Source: the human T2T-CHM13v2.0 reference genome, Homo sapiens
NCBI GenBank assembly: GCA_009914755.4
Contig: CP068257.2
Location: 2,976,001-3,040,000, forward strand
DNA length: 64,000 nucleotides
Reading direction: 5' to 3'
In this document: positions 40,456 to 52,911 of the stretch, piece after piece
Position numbering within the stretch: position 1 is the stretch's first letter
How the letters are laid out: every line of letters begins with the position of its first letter
Made by a program: the position numbers and the translations under genes
The notes under the pieces: model-generated
What the model was told of the DNA's origin: nothing
What the model saw: the letters and a program-made list of their open reading frames with translations, nothing else
The model's database searches: none

Positions 40456-43439
40456 CATGTCTGCTTTCTTTTATGCAACATTACATTTGTGATATTCACC
40501 CACCAGTTGCAAATAGCTATAGTCTGTTCATTTTAGAAAGTAGTTTTTACCTTTTAGTAAAATATAAAAATACATGAAATTAACCATTTTATTATTTTTT
40601 TTGTGTGCAGTTTAAAGAAATTAAATACATTCAGATTGTTTTGCAACCATTGTCCAAGTTCATAAGGAACTGTTTTTCAATCTTTTAAAAGTGAAACTCT
40701 GTACCCAGTAAACAACACTCCCCTTCCATTGCCCTTTGTGTAGTCCCTGGAAACTACTCTTCTACTTCGTGTTTCTATGAACTTAACTGCTGTAAATATC
40801 TCATATGAGTGGAAAGAGACAATATAACAAAAAAATCATGAGGAAGAATAATATATACTATATAACATATGTTTATCCATTTTAAGAAAAATGCTAGCAG
40901 AGATCAGGTCATGGTGATTATAGAGAAAGGTAGGTAACAGTGAAAAGGGGATTGGTTGCATTAAATTTACGACGTGATGCCTCAAGTGCCAGAGCAGTGA
41001 GCTTTCTGCCCCACTCGCAGGGCTGGTCAATGGTGTGGCTGGAACCCTACTCGAGCTGCCTGACTGCCAGAGCCCATGCTTAGTACAAACTTCAATGAGC
41101 CATGAAAGCAATTCCAACAACAGGCACTTAATGGCTCTGAGATTTTATCACAGCCTGTTCTTCATGGCTAGCAACTTCAGAGAAGAGTGACAGCTGTGAG
41201 GTTCCAGAAGCCACACCTCAGGTCCCCCAGTTCCTCCCCAGCAGCTGGAGTCCAGGTGCAACAGGACCTGATGCTGGCCAGGGAACCCTGGCCACAGGCT
41301 GTGTGAGGCTGGCGGCAAGACAGTCTCCCCTCCTACCCTCTGCTCATCTGCTAGGTCTTTGCCTTTTATTCTGATTGTGCTGCTCCAGGCTTGGAACCAA
41401 GCCCGAAATTCCTCTTGAGTCTGAAGATGATGATGGTTTCCAGCTGTGTGGAACTGCTGCATCTCCTGGAGGACTTTAATCTTCTGGAGACAGAGGGAAA
41501 GACAGGATGCTGACAGGGCCTGGGTGAAAGACTCTGTAGGGGCCTTATAAAAGAAGGGAGGAGGGCTGGTCTCTGAGGTGTTTCTTTTAAGGGGCTCTCA
41601 CCTCCCCTCCAATATCATGCAGCCCTAACTGGTTCTCAGAGTTGAATGTAAACGGCTCTTCCTCTAGGAAGTTGTCATCAACTTCACTCCCCTGATTGCA
41701 CCCTGCATTAGGATAGGTCTCCTCCTTCTCTGTGTATTACTCCCTTTCAATAAATCTTAGATGCGGAAGAAGGGACCAGGGAATGTCCTGCCCAGGGTGA
41801 TTTCTCATTTCCACCTCCACCCTCCCTAAAAGTGAGGACTTCAGCTACTGCTCACCTTTCTGTTTTTCTGGGTTTTGATCACATTTCTCTGGAAGACAGA
41901 AAGCCAAAGACCATCAGAAAGGTCCGCTGGTCCATAACTAGCCTCCATTTCCAGCGATTTCCAAGCTTCACCACCACCAGAGCCACCAGGGTCAGGGAAT
42001 GTGCACAAAAGAGGTCTTGCAGCTCTGCAGCTTCACTACTCAGGGAGTGGGACTGATGGCTGCTGTGGAGCCTCCATCACTCATGAGTAAAATACCCTGT
42101 TTACGGGATGGGGAGGGCTGCGAGGCCCTCGCAAAAAATTTTGGCAAGGACTGAGATCTAGGAGCTCAGTTCAAGACTCTCTTCTCCCAGGCCTCAGGAT
42201 CCTGGTCCCTGACCTGTCTGCTCCAGGCTCACTCACATCCACACACTCCTTCATGGCAATGTCCAGCATCACCACATCAGTGAGGAATGTCCCCAGAGAG
42301 GGCATGACTTGGGAGGTGCCCACCCAAGTCCTGTCCGCTGAACTCTTATAAACCCCTGCCTCCTGGCGCCCTCTACCTAGGTTACCCACTTGGAGTAGCT
42401 GAGAACCCTCAGCTGCCTTTTCCCAATTCTCTATGTCTTCCCATTAGCTGGCCTCTATTGCCACCAACCTCACCATAATTACCTCCTTGGTGGGATTTTA
42501 ACAAGCCACAAGGTCATGTGGTCCCTGGCTCCACCTGTTTTAAAAGCCACACGGAGCCCAGCTCTCCCAGGCCTTGCTCTGGTCTGTCTAATGAAGGTGT
42601 TTTAGGCACTGCAGCCCCAGGAGAAAAGGGCTGGAGTAGAAAGGCCCTCTGCTTTTTTGATTTGGAGGTTTCCAGCTGGGAGAAGTAAGCTCTGTTCTCT
42701 GAAACCCTGGAGCCCTTCCCCATCACAGGCACATTCACCTTCTGCTGTCACAGCCTCACCTAAGCTCTCTGGGGCTCCGCTACAGGGTAGACAACTTGTA
42801 CGGTGTTCACCTGCTAGGATGAGGGACAAGGTCAGTGAAAATATGCTTCTTTCAGTTACGCCTCAGCCACACTAACCTTGGACACGGATAAGTGGCCTGA
42901 GTCAGCTTGTCCAATGCTCTGACCATCTCCAGTGAGCTCTGACTCTAGACTCACTCCCACGTCCAACACTCCCTGGATGTGTCATTTTGGGCATGCAGTT
43001 GGGTTTCCCTGAGCTGTTTCCTCAACTGGAAAGTGTGGTGGGAACCAACTACCTCACAAGGCCTCTTACCACCTCGGTTTCATGTGGTTGTCATGATTGC
43101 TGTCACCATCATCCCTCTCAGGATGAGCCAGACACAAGCACCCTCAGATTCTCTGTCTCCCTGAGCCCCATCACCACCTTGTGAGGCCTGCCCAACAGGC
43201 TCATCATTCCTAAATTTTCCACATAAGAAAACAGAGGCCCAAAGCGGCAATGACATGCCAAGGACCCCACAAGAGAGGCCAGCTCCTCCCTCAACCTGGA
43301 GGGACTGTCCCGGCTGCCTTCACCTAACACCCTAGCATCATCACTGACCAGCATTCCATCTTCTAAACTCTATGAGTGACAATATTCCCAGCCAGGCCCT
43401 GTGGCAGTGGACATGGTTCTGAGAATTGGGAATCTAATG

Positions 43440-43965
43440 TGGAGGAAAAGTTAAATATTTAATATGAACTCAATTGAACATGGGCACAAACAATGGTCAC
43501 GAAGTCCTGGAACAGGTTGCATGAGCCCCTTGAGGTGTTCATCCAGCGCTGTTTCAGAGAAATCTTTCAATCCATTCCTATACATTAGTTATTGAAAAAA
43601 CAACAGACAATTGCAAAAACAAGTTGATCTTTTGTGTTCCTTGAGCCCAGTTGTGAAGGGCACCTGTGACTGCGCCTCATGCCAAACAACACATTACAAA
43701 AAGAGCTAGGGTCCCAGACTGTGCTGAAGTTTCATGAGACCTCTCCTCATCTGTGCATGGACACGTGGCTGACTCTGGAGCCCAGGCTGTTGCTTCCCAG
43801 TCTGGTAATGAATCCTCCATAGTCTGGTGCGTGTAAATATACATATATATATTTTCTTTCTGTCCTTCCCATTGCAATTTGCTTATTATATTATTTGCTT
43901 ATCAAGTCTGTATTGCCATACACTTGGGATAAAGGCTATTTATCCTTAAAACTATTGTGGGTGCC
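43440..43965 (+). mobile_element. LTR-like repeat, copy D (full length). It is inverted relative to copies A, B and C and looks like a solo LTR.
   Basis: It begins TGGAGGAAAAGTTAAATATTTAATATGAACTCAATTGAACATGG, which is the reverse complement of the right ends of A, B and C (TGAGGAGGAAAAGTT.. / TGGAGTAAAAGGTAAATATT.. / TGGGGGAAAGTTAAATATT..). It is collinear through ..gcaaaaacaag..ccttgag..gcctcatgccaaacaa..ctgtgcatggacacgtggctgactctggagcccaggctg..ccattgcaatttgcttattat..ccatacacttgggataaagg. Confidence 0.6.
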
Positions 43966-45404
43966 TTTTCTTTTCCCCTCGTTCATTTCCCGCACCGGAG
44001 CCCAGGTGATGGAATCTCGAAGTGACCTCACTTCCTTAGTTACAAACTCAAAGAAAGTTTAGAACTCTGGTAACCTGGAGCCCTAATTCTAGAGACAGCT
44101 TTGTATTTACTAAGGAGACTCTGAAGACAGCAAGATGTTCTCCTGCTATGTCTTGAATTTCTGAGGCTCTCATCTCAGGAAGGCTTGAACAGAGAGACTT
44201 TTTTTTATGATGGAGACAGTGCTCATTCTGCACTGCTGGCTCTTCTGGCCATTTGGAAAGGGTTACCCATAGATAACACAAGGCCACCCATGGCAGGCCT
44301 ATCCAGGCCAGGCCTCACCTTTGATATCATCTCGGCAGGCACACACCCCTCCTCATCTCCACGTCTCGTGGGAAAGAAAGAGATAATGGGTCCTTTCTTG
44401 ACAGGAGCAGGTTTCCAGGTATTGGGAGGCTAAAAGCCTGTCAAATTTATACCGCAGGTTACAGTTGGCAGGAGGGGAAGGTGAGTGCTGGGGGTCACCT
44501 TTGTTTGTTCAGACATTTATTCTAAGGCTTCAAGCTGTCCTCTTGTTTTCTCCCTGGCTGGAGGTCTGCGCAAATGCTCCTATGTGCCTGATCTGGGGAG
44601 TAGACTTTCTAACTGGAATTTCCCCTGTGGGGAAAGCCAGGATGCCATTGATGCCTCTTGGCCAGGCTTCCAGGCACTCTCTTTGCAGAACTCTATTGAG
44701 GAGATCCCTGAGGAGCTGTTTGATGAGTCCAACTACTCCATCTCATTGAACAAAAGGCAGGTGCATCATGCCAACAACCATGGCCCGTGCTAGTCTGGAG
44801 TCAAGGTGGGCACAGAGAGGTCTCCAAATGGAAAAGACCAGGGAAGCCCAGGACCCTGACCCAAATGTGAGGATTCCCCAGAAACCGTTTTAGGGCTTTC
44901 TCCATTAAGGACCCACAGTTCCTTCCCAGAGGAATTTGGCCTCCATTAGTCCATAATGGCAACTTAGGTGCACAGTCCCCGGTCATATGCTTGCAGGAAT
45001 GTCAAAAGAAACACTTTTGTGTTGTTATTACTTTACATTAAGTTGTGAGTATCTTTGCATTTTGCTATTATTTTTATTGTTATATCTACCTACCCCACAT
45101 ACTTCCTGGAGCAGGCAGCTTCGCTGCCTTGCCAGACCTTCTCTAAGTCTTAGAAGTTCACACTGTTACTAGAGAGAGGTTTCACCCAAAAAGTGGGAGT
45201 TATGCAAAAGGGTCTTATATGACTCTTTACATACGTGTCCCAGAGCCCACCTCTATAGCCCCATCAGGACAGGAGCTGTGTCCTCATATGTCTTTATAAG
45301 ATTCCATAAGTGGGGCCTTTCCCTCAGTAATTTAGGCTTTTAATACTGGTGGAGCCTGACACAATAAATTCTATTTCCACTTCAGGCATGCTACAGGGAA
45401 TATC

Positions 45405-45729
45405 TTTTTTTTTTTTTTTTTTTTTTTTTTGAGACGGAGTCTCGCTCTGTCGCCCAGGTGGGAGTGCAGTGGTGCAGTCTCGGCTCACTGCACTCTGCCT
45501 CCTGGGTTCACGCCATCTTCCTGCTTCAGCCTCCTGAGTAGCTGGGACTACAGGCGCCTGTCACCACGCCCGGCTAATTTTTTTTCTCTGTGTGTGTGTG
45601 GTTTTTTTTTTAGTAGAGACAGAGTTTCACCGTGTTAGCTAGGATGGTCTCGATCTCCTGACCTCGTGATCCACTCGCCTCGGCCTCCCAAAGTGCTAGG
45701 ATTACAGGTGTAAGCCACCGCGCCCAGCC
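45405..45729 (-). mobile_element. AluY-like (minus) with a long poly-T (A-tail) and a perfect 15-bp target-site duplication.
   Basis: The TSD is gctacagggaatatc (45390-45404) and gctacagggaacatc (45730-45744). The body runs tttt(29)gagacggagtctcgctctgtcgcccaggtgggagtgcagtggtgcagtctcggctcactgcac...gctaggattacaggtgtaagccaccgcgcccagcc, with an internal (TG)n/(T)n stretch. Confidence 0.96.
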
Positions 45730-47514
45730 GCTACAGGGAACATCTTATCTGTGTCCTAATAGGCTGTAACGCTTTGCTATGACTTCCCTAATACAGTACC
45801 ACAGGCTGAAGTTCTTTAACAACAAAAACTGAATGTCGCACAATTCTGGAAGTTAGAAATCCAACCTCAAGCTACTGGCTGTGTGGTTTCTCTGAAGTCT
45901 CCATCCTTGGCTTGTAGATCGTCATCTACTATATCTGTGTTCACAAGATCTTCTCTTGTGCTTTTCTGTCCTTCCTGCCTCTTCTAATAAGGGCTCCAGT
46001 CATCTGGAATTAGGATACACCCCAATTAATTCACTTAAACCTAACTACATTTGCAGAGGCTATATGTTCAAATATAGTCATGTTCTGAGGCACTAGGTGT
46101 TAGGACATGAACATATAATTTTTAGGAAGGGAATGCAATCTAGCTCACAACATTTACTAATCCCTTGTAGATTATAGTCTCCCAGGAAAATGATTACTCA
46201 GTGAAACAGTAGGAAAGTGTAAAGGTTTAATAGGAGAAGCCGGAATATATTCCAAAAGGGTTGTGAAAGCCGTACTGTAAATAGTAGTTTCTGAATTTAT
46301 CTGCTTTTATGTATCCAGAACCTCTTGGTTGTCAACATTCTTTTAATTTTTTTGTCAATCTGCTATCTATGTGGCAAAAAAACATGTTTCTATTTCAATT
46401 TTTCAACTGATATATTTGAGTTACCTTTCAGTTGATTTATACTTATTTGAGTTTTCTGTTCCCTCAGTTAATCCGCTCAATTCCTTGGCCCTGTGAGGGG
46501 TTTCTCTCACCTTGGAGTCCCCAAGCACTGACACCTTTGTCAGGTGTGGGGTTGCTGTAGTTATTTCTCAACACTCCCTTTAAGGTTTTAAAAGACCCAG
46601 TTCAGTTGCTTTAAGTCAAAAGGGTTGTCTTAGGGTATCTTATCCTGTGCCCTGTCTCTAAAACAGAAAGAAAGTGAGCCTTCCCCATGCCCTTCCCCCT
46701 AAGTCAGGGACAGACATAGAGCCTCAGGTAGCTTAAAGGGAATTTCATGCAACCCCCACCGTGGAAGATTCTCTTTCTTACTTGTGTTTTTCTGAGCAGC
46801 CATTTGACATCACAAAGCTTTATTTTCTCATTTGTAGGCTGAGTATGTTTTTTTGGGAATTCTCTGGGATAATGCTCTTCATAAAGATTATTAATACAAG
46901 TGGGTGCTGTTGTCTTACAGCTGATATGATATCGTGAAGGCCTTGAATGTATTCATGGATTAATTATTCTCTACCTCCACATTAAATTTGATATCAGAGG
47001 CCTAAAACCTTTTTCACCATAAACACCCATGTCCTCCACATGCCCAAGTCTCTGAAGGATGGAGATTTCCTCATCCAAGCTCCACATTCCAAGCCTCTGG
47101 TGTTTCATGGTCTTGCCATGAAAAGTCTTGTCCCCTCCCCAAGAGGAAATGAGTCTATTCTTAACCTAGAGGTGTGAATGATGCCAATGCGCCAAACCAG
47201 GCACAACGGAGAAGCTGACGAAGTCCCTGACAGCAGCCTTCCAGGGTCAAACTCTCTTCTTTTTATCATTTTTCTCAAGTTTTACCAGGACTTCCTCACC
47301 ACTCTGTAGTTCCTGGACCAGCTGTCTAGTAGTTGAGCATATGTCTTCTCCAAGGCACAGTGGTGACTCTGCCAGCTACTAACTGTGTCTTAGCATACCA
47401 GTGCATCTTTATCAGCCTCAATTTGCATCTTTATAGAGAATTGTAAAATGAACCTCTGTTCTGTACGAGAGACATGCAAGGGGAGAAGAAAACACACCCA
47501 AAAAAACCTTTAAG

Positions 47515-48003
47515 GGTAAACAAGCTTTATCTGACGTAAATGGCAGTGCAGCTATAATAAGCAAATTGCAATGGGAAGGGGAGAAGGGAAACATATATAC
47601 ATATTTACGCCCACCAGACAGCGGAGGATTCATTACCAGACCGGGAAGCAACAGCCTCGACTCCAGAGTAGGTCACCCATCCCTGCACAGACAAGAAGAG
47701 GTCTTAGGAAGTTTCAGCGTGGCCTAGAGCCCTAGTTCTTTTTGTAATGAGTTGTTTGGCATGAGGCCCAGTCACGAGGGCTCTTCACAACTGGGCTCAA
47801 GGAACTGGAAAAGGTTATCTTGTTTTTGCAATTGTCTGTGGTTTTTCAATAACTAACACATAGGAATAGATTGAAATAGATATTTCTTCAAAACAGTGCC
47901 AGATGAATGCTTCAAGCGGCTCATGCAACCTGTCTGAGACTTAATGACCATTGCTTTTGTCCATGTTCAATTGAATTCAAATTTAATATTTAACTTTCCC
48001 CCA
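47515..48003 (-). mobile_element. LTR-like repeat, copy C (full length, solo), in the same orientation as A and B.
   Basis: Collinear with 15905-16410: ..gctttatctgacgtaaatggcagtgcagctataataagcaaattgcaatgggaaggggagaagggaaac..ccagagtaggtcacccatccctgcacagacaagaagaggtct..tttttgtaatgagttgtttggcatgaggcccagtcacgag..gtttttcaataactaac..gttcaattgaattcaaatttaatatttaactttccccca. Confidence 0.6.
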
Positions 48004-51000
48004 CAACCTTATATGTTTTTTGTGAGAAATGAATGGCATACAATATGAAAAGTGGTTTCCTAATGCTCGGCTTTGTGGAAAGCCTGCTGGGGCATGCTCT
48101 GATTGTTCGTATTTATTACTTTTTTCTCTTCTTTCACCCCAGAAGGTCTTTCATGTCACAGTGACTCATGTCCCTCTATAATTGGACAATCATATAGAAA
48201 ACAAACATGTTCTTACATTTGTAAAGGGCACTTGAGCTTCCTGTTAGCTGGACTTTGTCCTTGAAACAGAGAGATCCTGTAGGAAAGAGTCCCCAGGCAC
48301 ACTCAGACATAGCTAAAAAGGTTGTAGTTAGGGCTTATTTATTCATCACATATATATAACGCAGTTTTCCAGACACTTGGCCTAATTCAGTGAAGACAAC
48401 AGATGACAGTTCCTGGGCCACAATTTACTTCAGGGAGTCAGACACTCAGAGTGGACATTATAAGCAGGTCATGATCACAGAATGTGAGAACTGATGTTCT
48501 CATGCTCTCCTCTAGGAATGGATGCACCTGTCAGCTTCTGATCAGAACGACAGACCCAGGATCAAGCATAACATTTAAATAGACGAATAAAACTTTTTTC
48601 CAAAAAGGAACATCGCTTTATGATAAAAACTCTCAACAAATTAGGTGTAAAGTAAATTCACTTCAAAGCATTAAAGGCCATGTATTACAAATGAATAGCT
48701 GGGCGGGCAGATCTGCCATAAGGCAAGGGCATCCGCTTCCCTAGATACATATCCAGGGGCACAGAGAATGAGCAGTTCCAGGGTTGTGTCTCACATGGGG
48801 TCCTCTCCAGGTCGGTTTCAAGAGGACAGGACTGGGGTTCTGTATCCACTTCTGTGGAGAGCTGGAAGTAAAATGAGCTATGCTCCACCTCAGCCTAATG
48901 TAGACAATGGCTACAGAGAAGACTGTTTTCTTCCTCATAAATAGGGGTGCTCGAAGTGGGTAACCTTGATTGTTTCACATACTCATAAGTGTCTGCCAGC
49001 CTTGATTCTTCATTGGTGAACTAAGACTCTTTGCTCTGAAACTCTGCAGAAATGCTTCTACTCCCTGGAGGCCCTTCAAATCAGAGAGAGGCATGGCCAC
49101 TCCAGAGGCATTTTGGGTAGATAAAGATGGGATAGAGCTAAACGTGTCAGAACACTGGACCCTGAGTCTGAAGTCATGGGAAAATGCCAGTTCCTGTTGG
49201 GTTTTTGAGCTCCTCATTTGAAAGTCGTATTAAATAATTTCCCTGGATAAGGGGAGGGTGCCTCATGAGTAAATGGCACACTCCAAATGGTGGAGGCAAA
49301 GAGAGGGCAATGGAGGATTCCAAGGTCACTCAGTGTACTTGGAGCCTTCAGATTCTGCTCCTTTGTCCTCTGGAACTCCAAAGAGTCAGTGTCTTGAGGA
49401 CACAAAACAATGGTACCTGATTTGTTCCATAATGTTCCTGCATGGGGCTGCAGTGTTAGTGATGGCCTGGAGGTGGTTACAGCCTGCTGTGTTTCTGGTG
49501 CCTATTGAGCTTTGCTGGAGCAGCTGGAGCAAGTAAGAGTCACACACCTCATGTTATTATCAACAATTTCCACATTGCCCACTTAGCCAATCTTTTTTCC
49601 CTTGCACTCACCCTTTGCCAGCTACCCTGGTGGGTCCAACATGTGGCACAGAAAATGATTACATCATGCCTGCATACCCCTCCAAGGACAGAACAGTCTG
49701 AAGTCAGCTCGACAAAAGCACTAAAGCAAGTATATATAAAAGAAAAGAGCAAGGACTATTATATAAAGTAGAATGTTGAGAAGAAGAGCTGCAAAGTCAT
49801 TGAATGGGGGGACCCAAAGTCCTCACTGAGGTGATCTTTAATCCATGATGAGAATGATAACAGGGAGGCATCTCTGCACAAGAATGTGTCAGTGAGAAGC
49901 CACCCTTGGTGAAGAGTCTTACAGGTGTGAGTTTGGCAGAGATTAGAAAGGGACCAATTTGGTACAGACAGCCTGAGGAAGAGATAAGCAGAGGCATGGA
50001 GAATCCTGGGGCTTGGGAGATGAGGCTAGATATCTGCTCCTTTCTGACAACATTGCCCTAAAACTTAGCACCTTTCAATAGTATATAGTATCTCACAATT
50101 TGTGTGGACCAGAATCTGGACACAGTTTAGTTAGCTGCCTCTGCCTTCCGGTCTCTTATGAGATTGGGGCTGTGGTCTCAACTGAATGTGGACCGGAAAA
50201 GCATCAACCTTTAAGCTCATGCTTGTGAAAATTGGCAGGGTTCAGGGTAGACTGAGAGCATGACTTTACTTCTGTCTACTGCCTGAGCACTCCCTCCGTT
50301 CTTTGTTATGTGCGTCTGTACATAGAGCATCTCATAGCATTGGAGCTTGCTTCCTCTGTTTGAGGAATACAATTGAGAGACAGAATTAGGCAAACAGTTT
50401 CACACAAAGAGACATAAAGAAATGGAAAGACTGAGGAAGCAAATAGGAAAAACCCAGTAGGAGGAATAATGACAGCTTTAAAAAAACTTGAGAGTTACAA
50501 TAATTTGTATTAAAATTGTAACCCCCAGTGTAATGCTATAAGGAGATAGGTTGTAATTAACTCCTGAGGTTGAGGCCATCATGATTGAGATTACTGGCTT
50601 TATACAGGAAACCCCAGAGGGATGTCTGTCTCCTTCTACCAAATGAGAATAAAATTTGATGTGTGCAGTCTGAAATTCAGAAGAGTCATCACCAGAGCTC
50701 AACCATGCTGATACCCTGATCTCAAATTTCCAACCTCTAGGAGTGTGAGAAATTAAATCCTGTTGTCTATAAGCTGTCTAGTTCATGGTTCTTTGGTATA
50801 GCAGCCTGAACTAATACAAAAGTCATACACTATTCTGTATTCCATTTGACAGAAGCTGAATTTGTGCCTTCAAACTGTTAAAAAAAAAAGACTTAAAAAT
50901 TGGATATTCAGAATGAAAGATAAGAAACAGCTTGTTGAAACACTTAAATCTCCTCTGCTTATAAGATTTTAAAAAATTGGCTGAAATATGTTGGAAGCAA

Positions 51001-52911
51001 TATGGCCAACTGAAGTCCATGGAGAATGAGTTTGCTGATGTTAGAGCCCAAATTTCCGTTGCATGTTTCATATTAACTCTCCCTGAATATTCATGTGACC
51101 TGTGAGGAAACAAGAGGAGATGACTGTGCATGTCTCATGACTTTCCATATTACTACTTTCCTTCCAGCAATCCCCTCCTAATCCAGAGCCCACTTCTTAA
51201 GCATTTTTTAATCAACACCTTAAAGCCTATATAAGGAAACTGATTTCAGCTGGACTCCTGTCTCCTGTTGGCCAACCTACAACAAGATGCCATTTTTCTC
51301 AAAACCCAAGTGCCATACTACTGGCATCGAGCAGTAGGTCATTTTGTTCAATAACAAACTGAGTCACTAACCACCTAGTGCTGGGAGACTTTGTGAAGGC
51401 TTTCCCCAACTTAGGTGAGATAAGGCACATGGATATAATTCTATATATAATAAGAAGTCACTAGAAAGTTTAATAGTTGTATTAGTCCATTTTTATACCG
51501 CAATGATGGAATACCTGGGACTGGGTAATTTATAAAGAAAAGAGGTTTAATTGACTCACAGTTCCACAAGATTGGGTGGGGGAGGCTCAGAAACCTTCCA
51601 ATTATGGTGGCCAACAAGTGAAGTGAGTGAGAGCAGGGGATACACCAGAAGCTTATGAAACCATCAGATCTCTTGAGAACTCACTCACTATCACAAGAAC
51701 AGCATAAGAAAAACCCGTCCCCATAATCCAATCAACTCCCCTCAGGTTTCTCCCTTAACACCTGGAGGTTATAATACAAAATGAGGTTTGGGTGGGGACA
51801 CACAGCTAAACCACATCAGTGCCAGAGGATGATATCTACATTTAATTTCAACCTCGTACTGCAGCAGAATGAAACTGAAGCCCAGTGGGGAAGTGACTTT
51901 CCCAAGATTACACTGCTGGACCCCAGGCCTACCTGAGTTGTGGCCCATGCTACCTCCCACCTATTCTCCTAATGCTTCCATCTCTAAGTGTGTGCATTAT
52001 TTACATGTGAAACTACACCACGATTTTTACATTTTATCTTATATACATCTGATACATTCCCTAGGAAGTAGATAACATTATCCCCACTGTGCACGCTAGG
52101 AGGCTGGGGAAGCCTCAAATACACAGTGACTTTTATTAGGTCCCAGAGATGGTAAGAAAAACAAGGTTATTTTCCAGCTGTCTCTTATATCCTGGAACCC
52201 AGGATGCATTTAGGTCTTTCCAGGGAATTAAGGGGAAGTTGTGTTTGCATAATTGTGTACAAATAAAGAGTTGACATGGAAGAGGAGACTGAGCAATCAA
52301 TAGCATAGTGGGGCCTTTGGGTAGGTCTTATAGAAATAAGGGGCCCAGTAGATGGAACCTTGAAGAGTTTAACACACTTTCCTGGTGACAGAACCCCACA
52401 GCAGTTAAGAAACCAGGAACCCACATTCTTGAGACAGCTCTGTATCCACCTCTGTTGGTGACAGATGCTCAAGAGAGTGAGATGTCCTTTCATTGTGCCT
52501 TGATATTTCTGAGTTCTAGCCTTACAAAGCCTCAATGTAAAAGCCTTCTCTGATAACACAGATATCAACTCAGCCCTCATTCCTGATACCCCTGGCCATT
52601 GGCCAAGTGCACCTACAGATAACACAGAGCAGCCCAGGACATGTCCATCGAGGCCAGGCCTCTCTCATCATCTCATCTGGGCAGCCCCACGCCACTTCTT
52701 TGTACCATGAGTTGCAGGATGGACAAAAGAGAGGGCACTCTTCTTGGGCAGAAGCCGATTGTCAGGTGTTGGAACTCTTGTGTGTCTGTTATGTTCATAT
52801 TCAGGTCAGAGCTGGCAGAATAAAAATAAGAGAGTTGGGGACTGAGTCTGTATACTCAGATGTGAATAGCAAGACTCTAACCTGATCTCTGGTTTCCTTC
52901 CTTGCTGGAGA

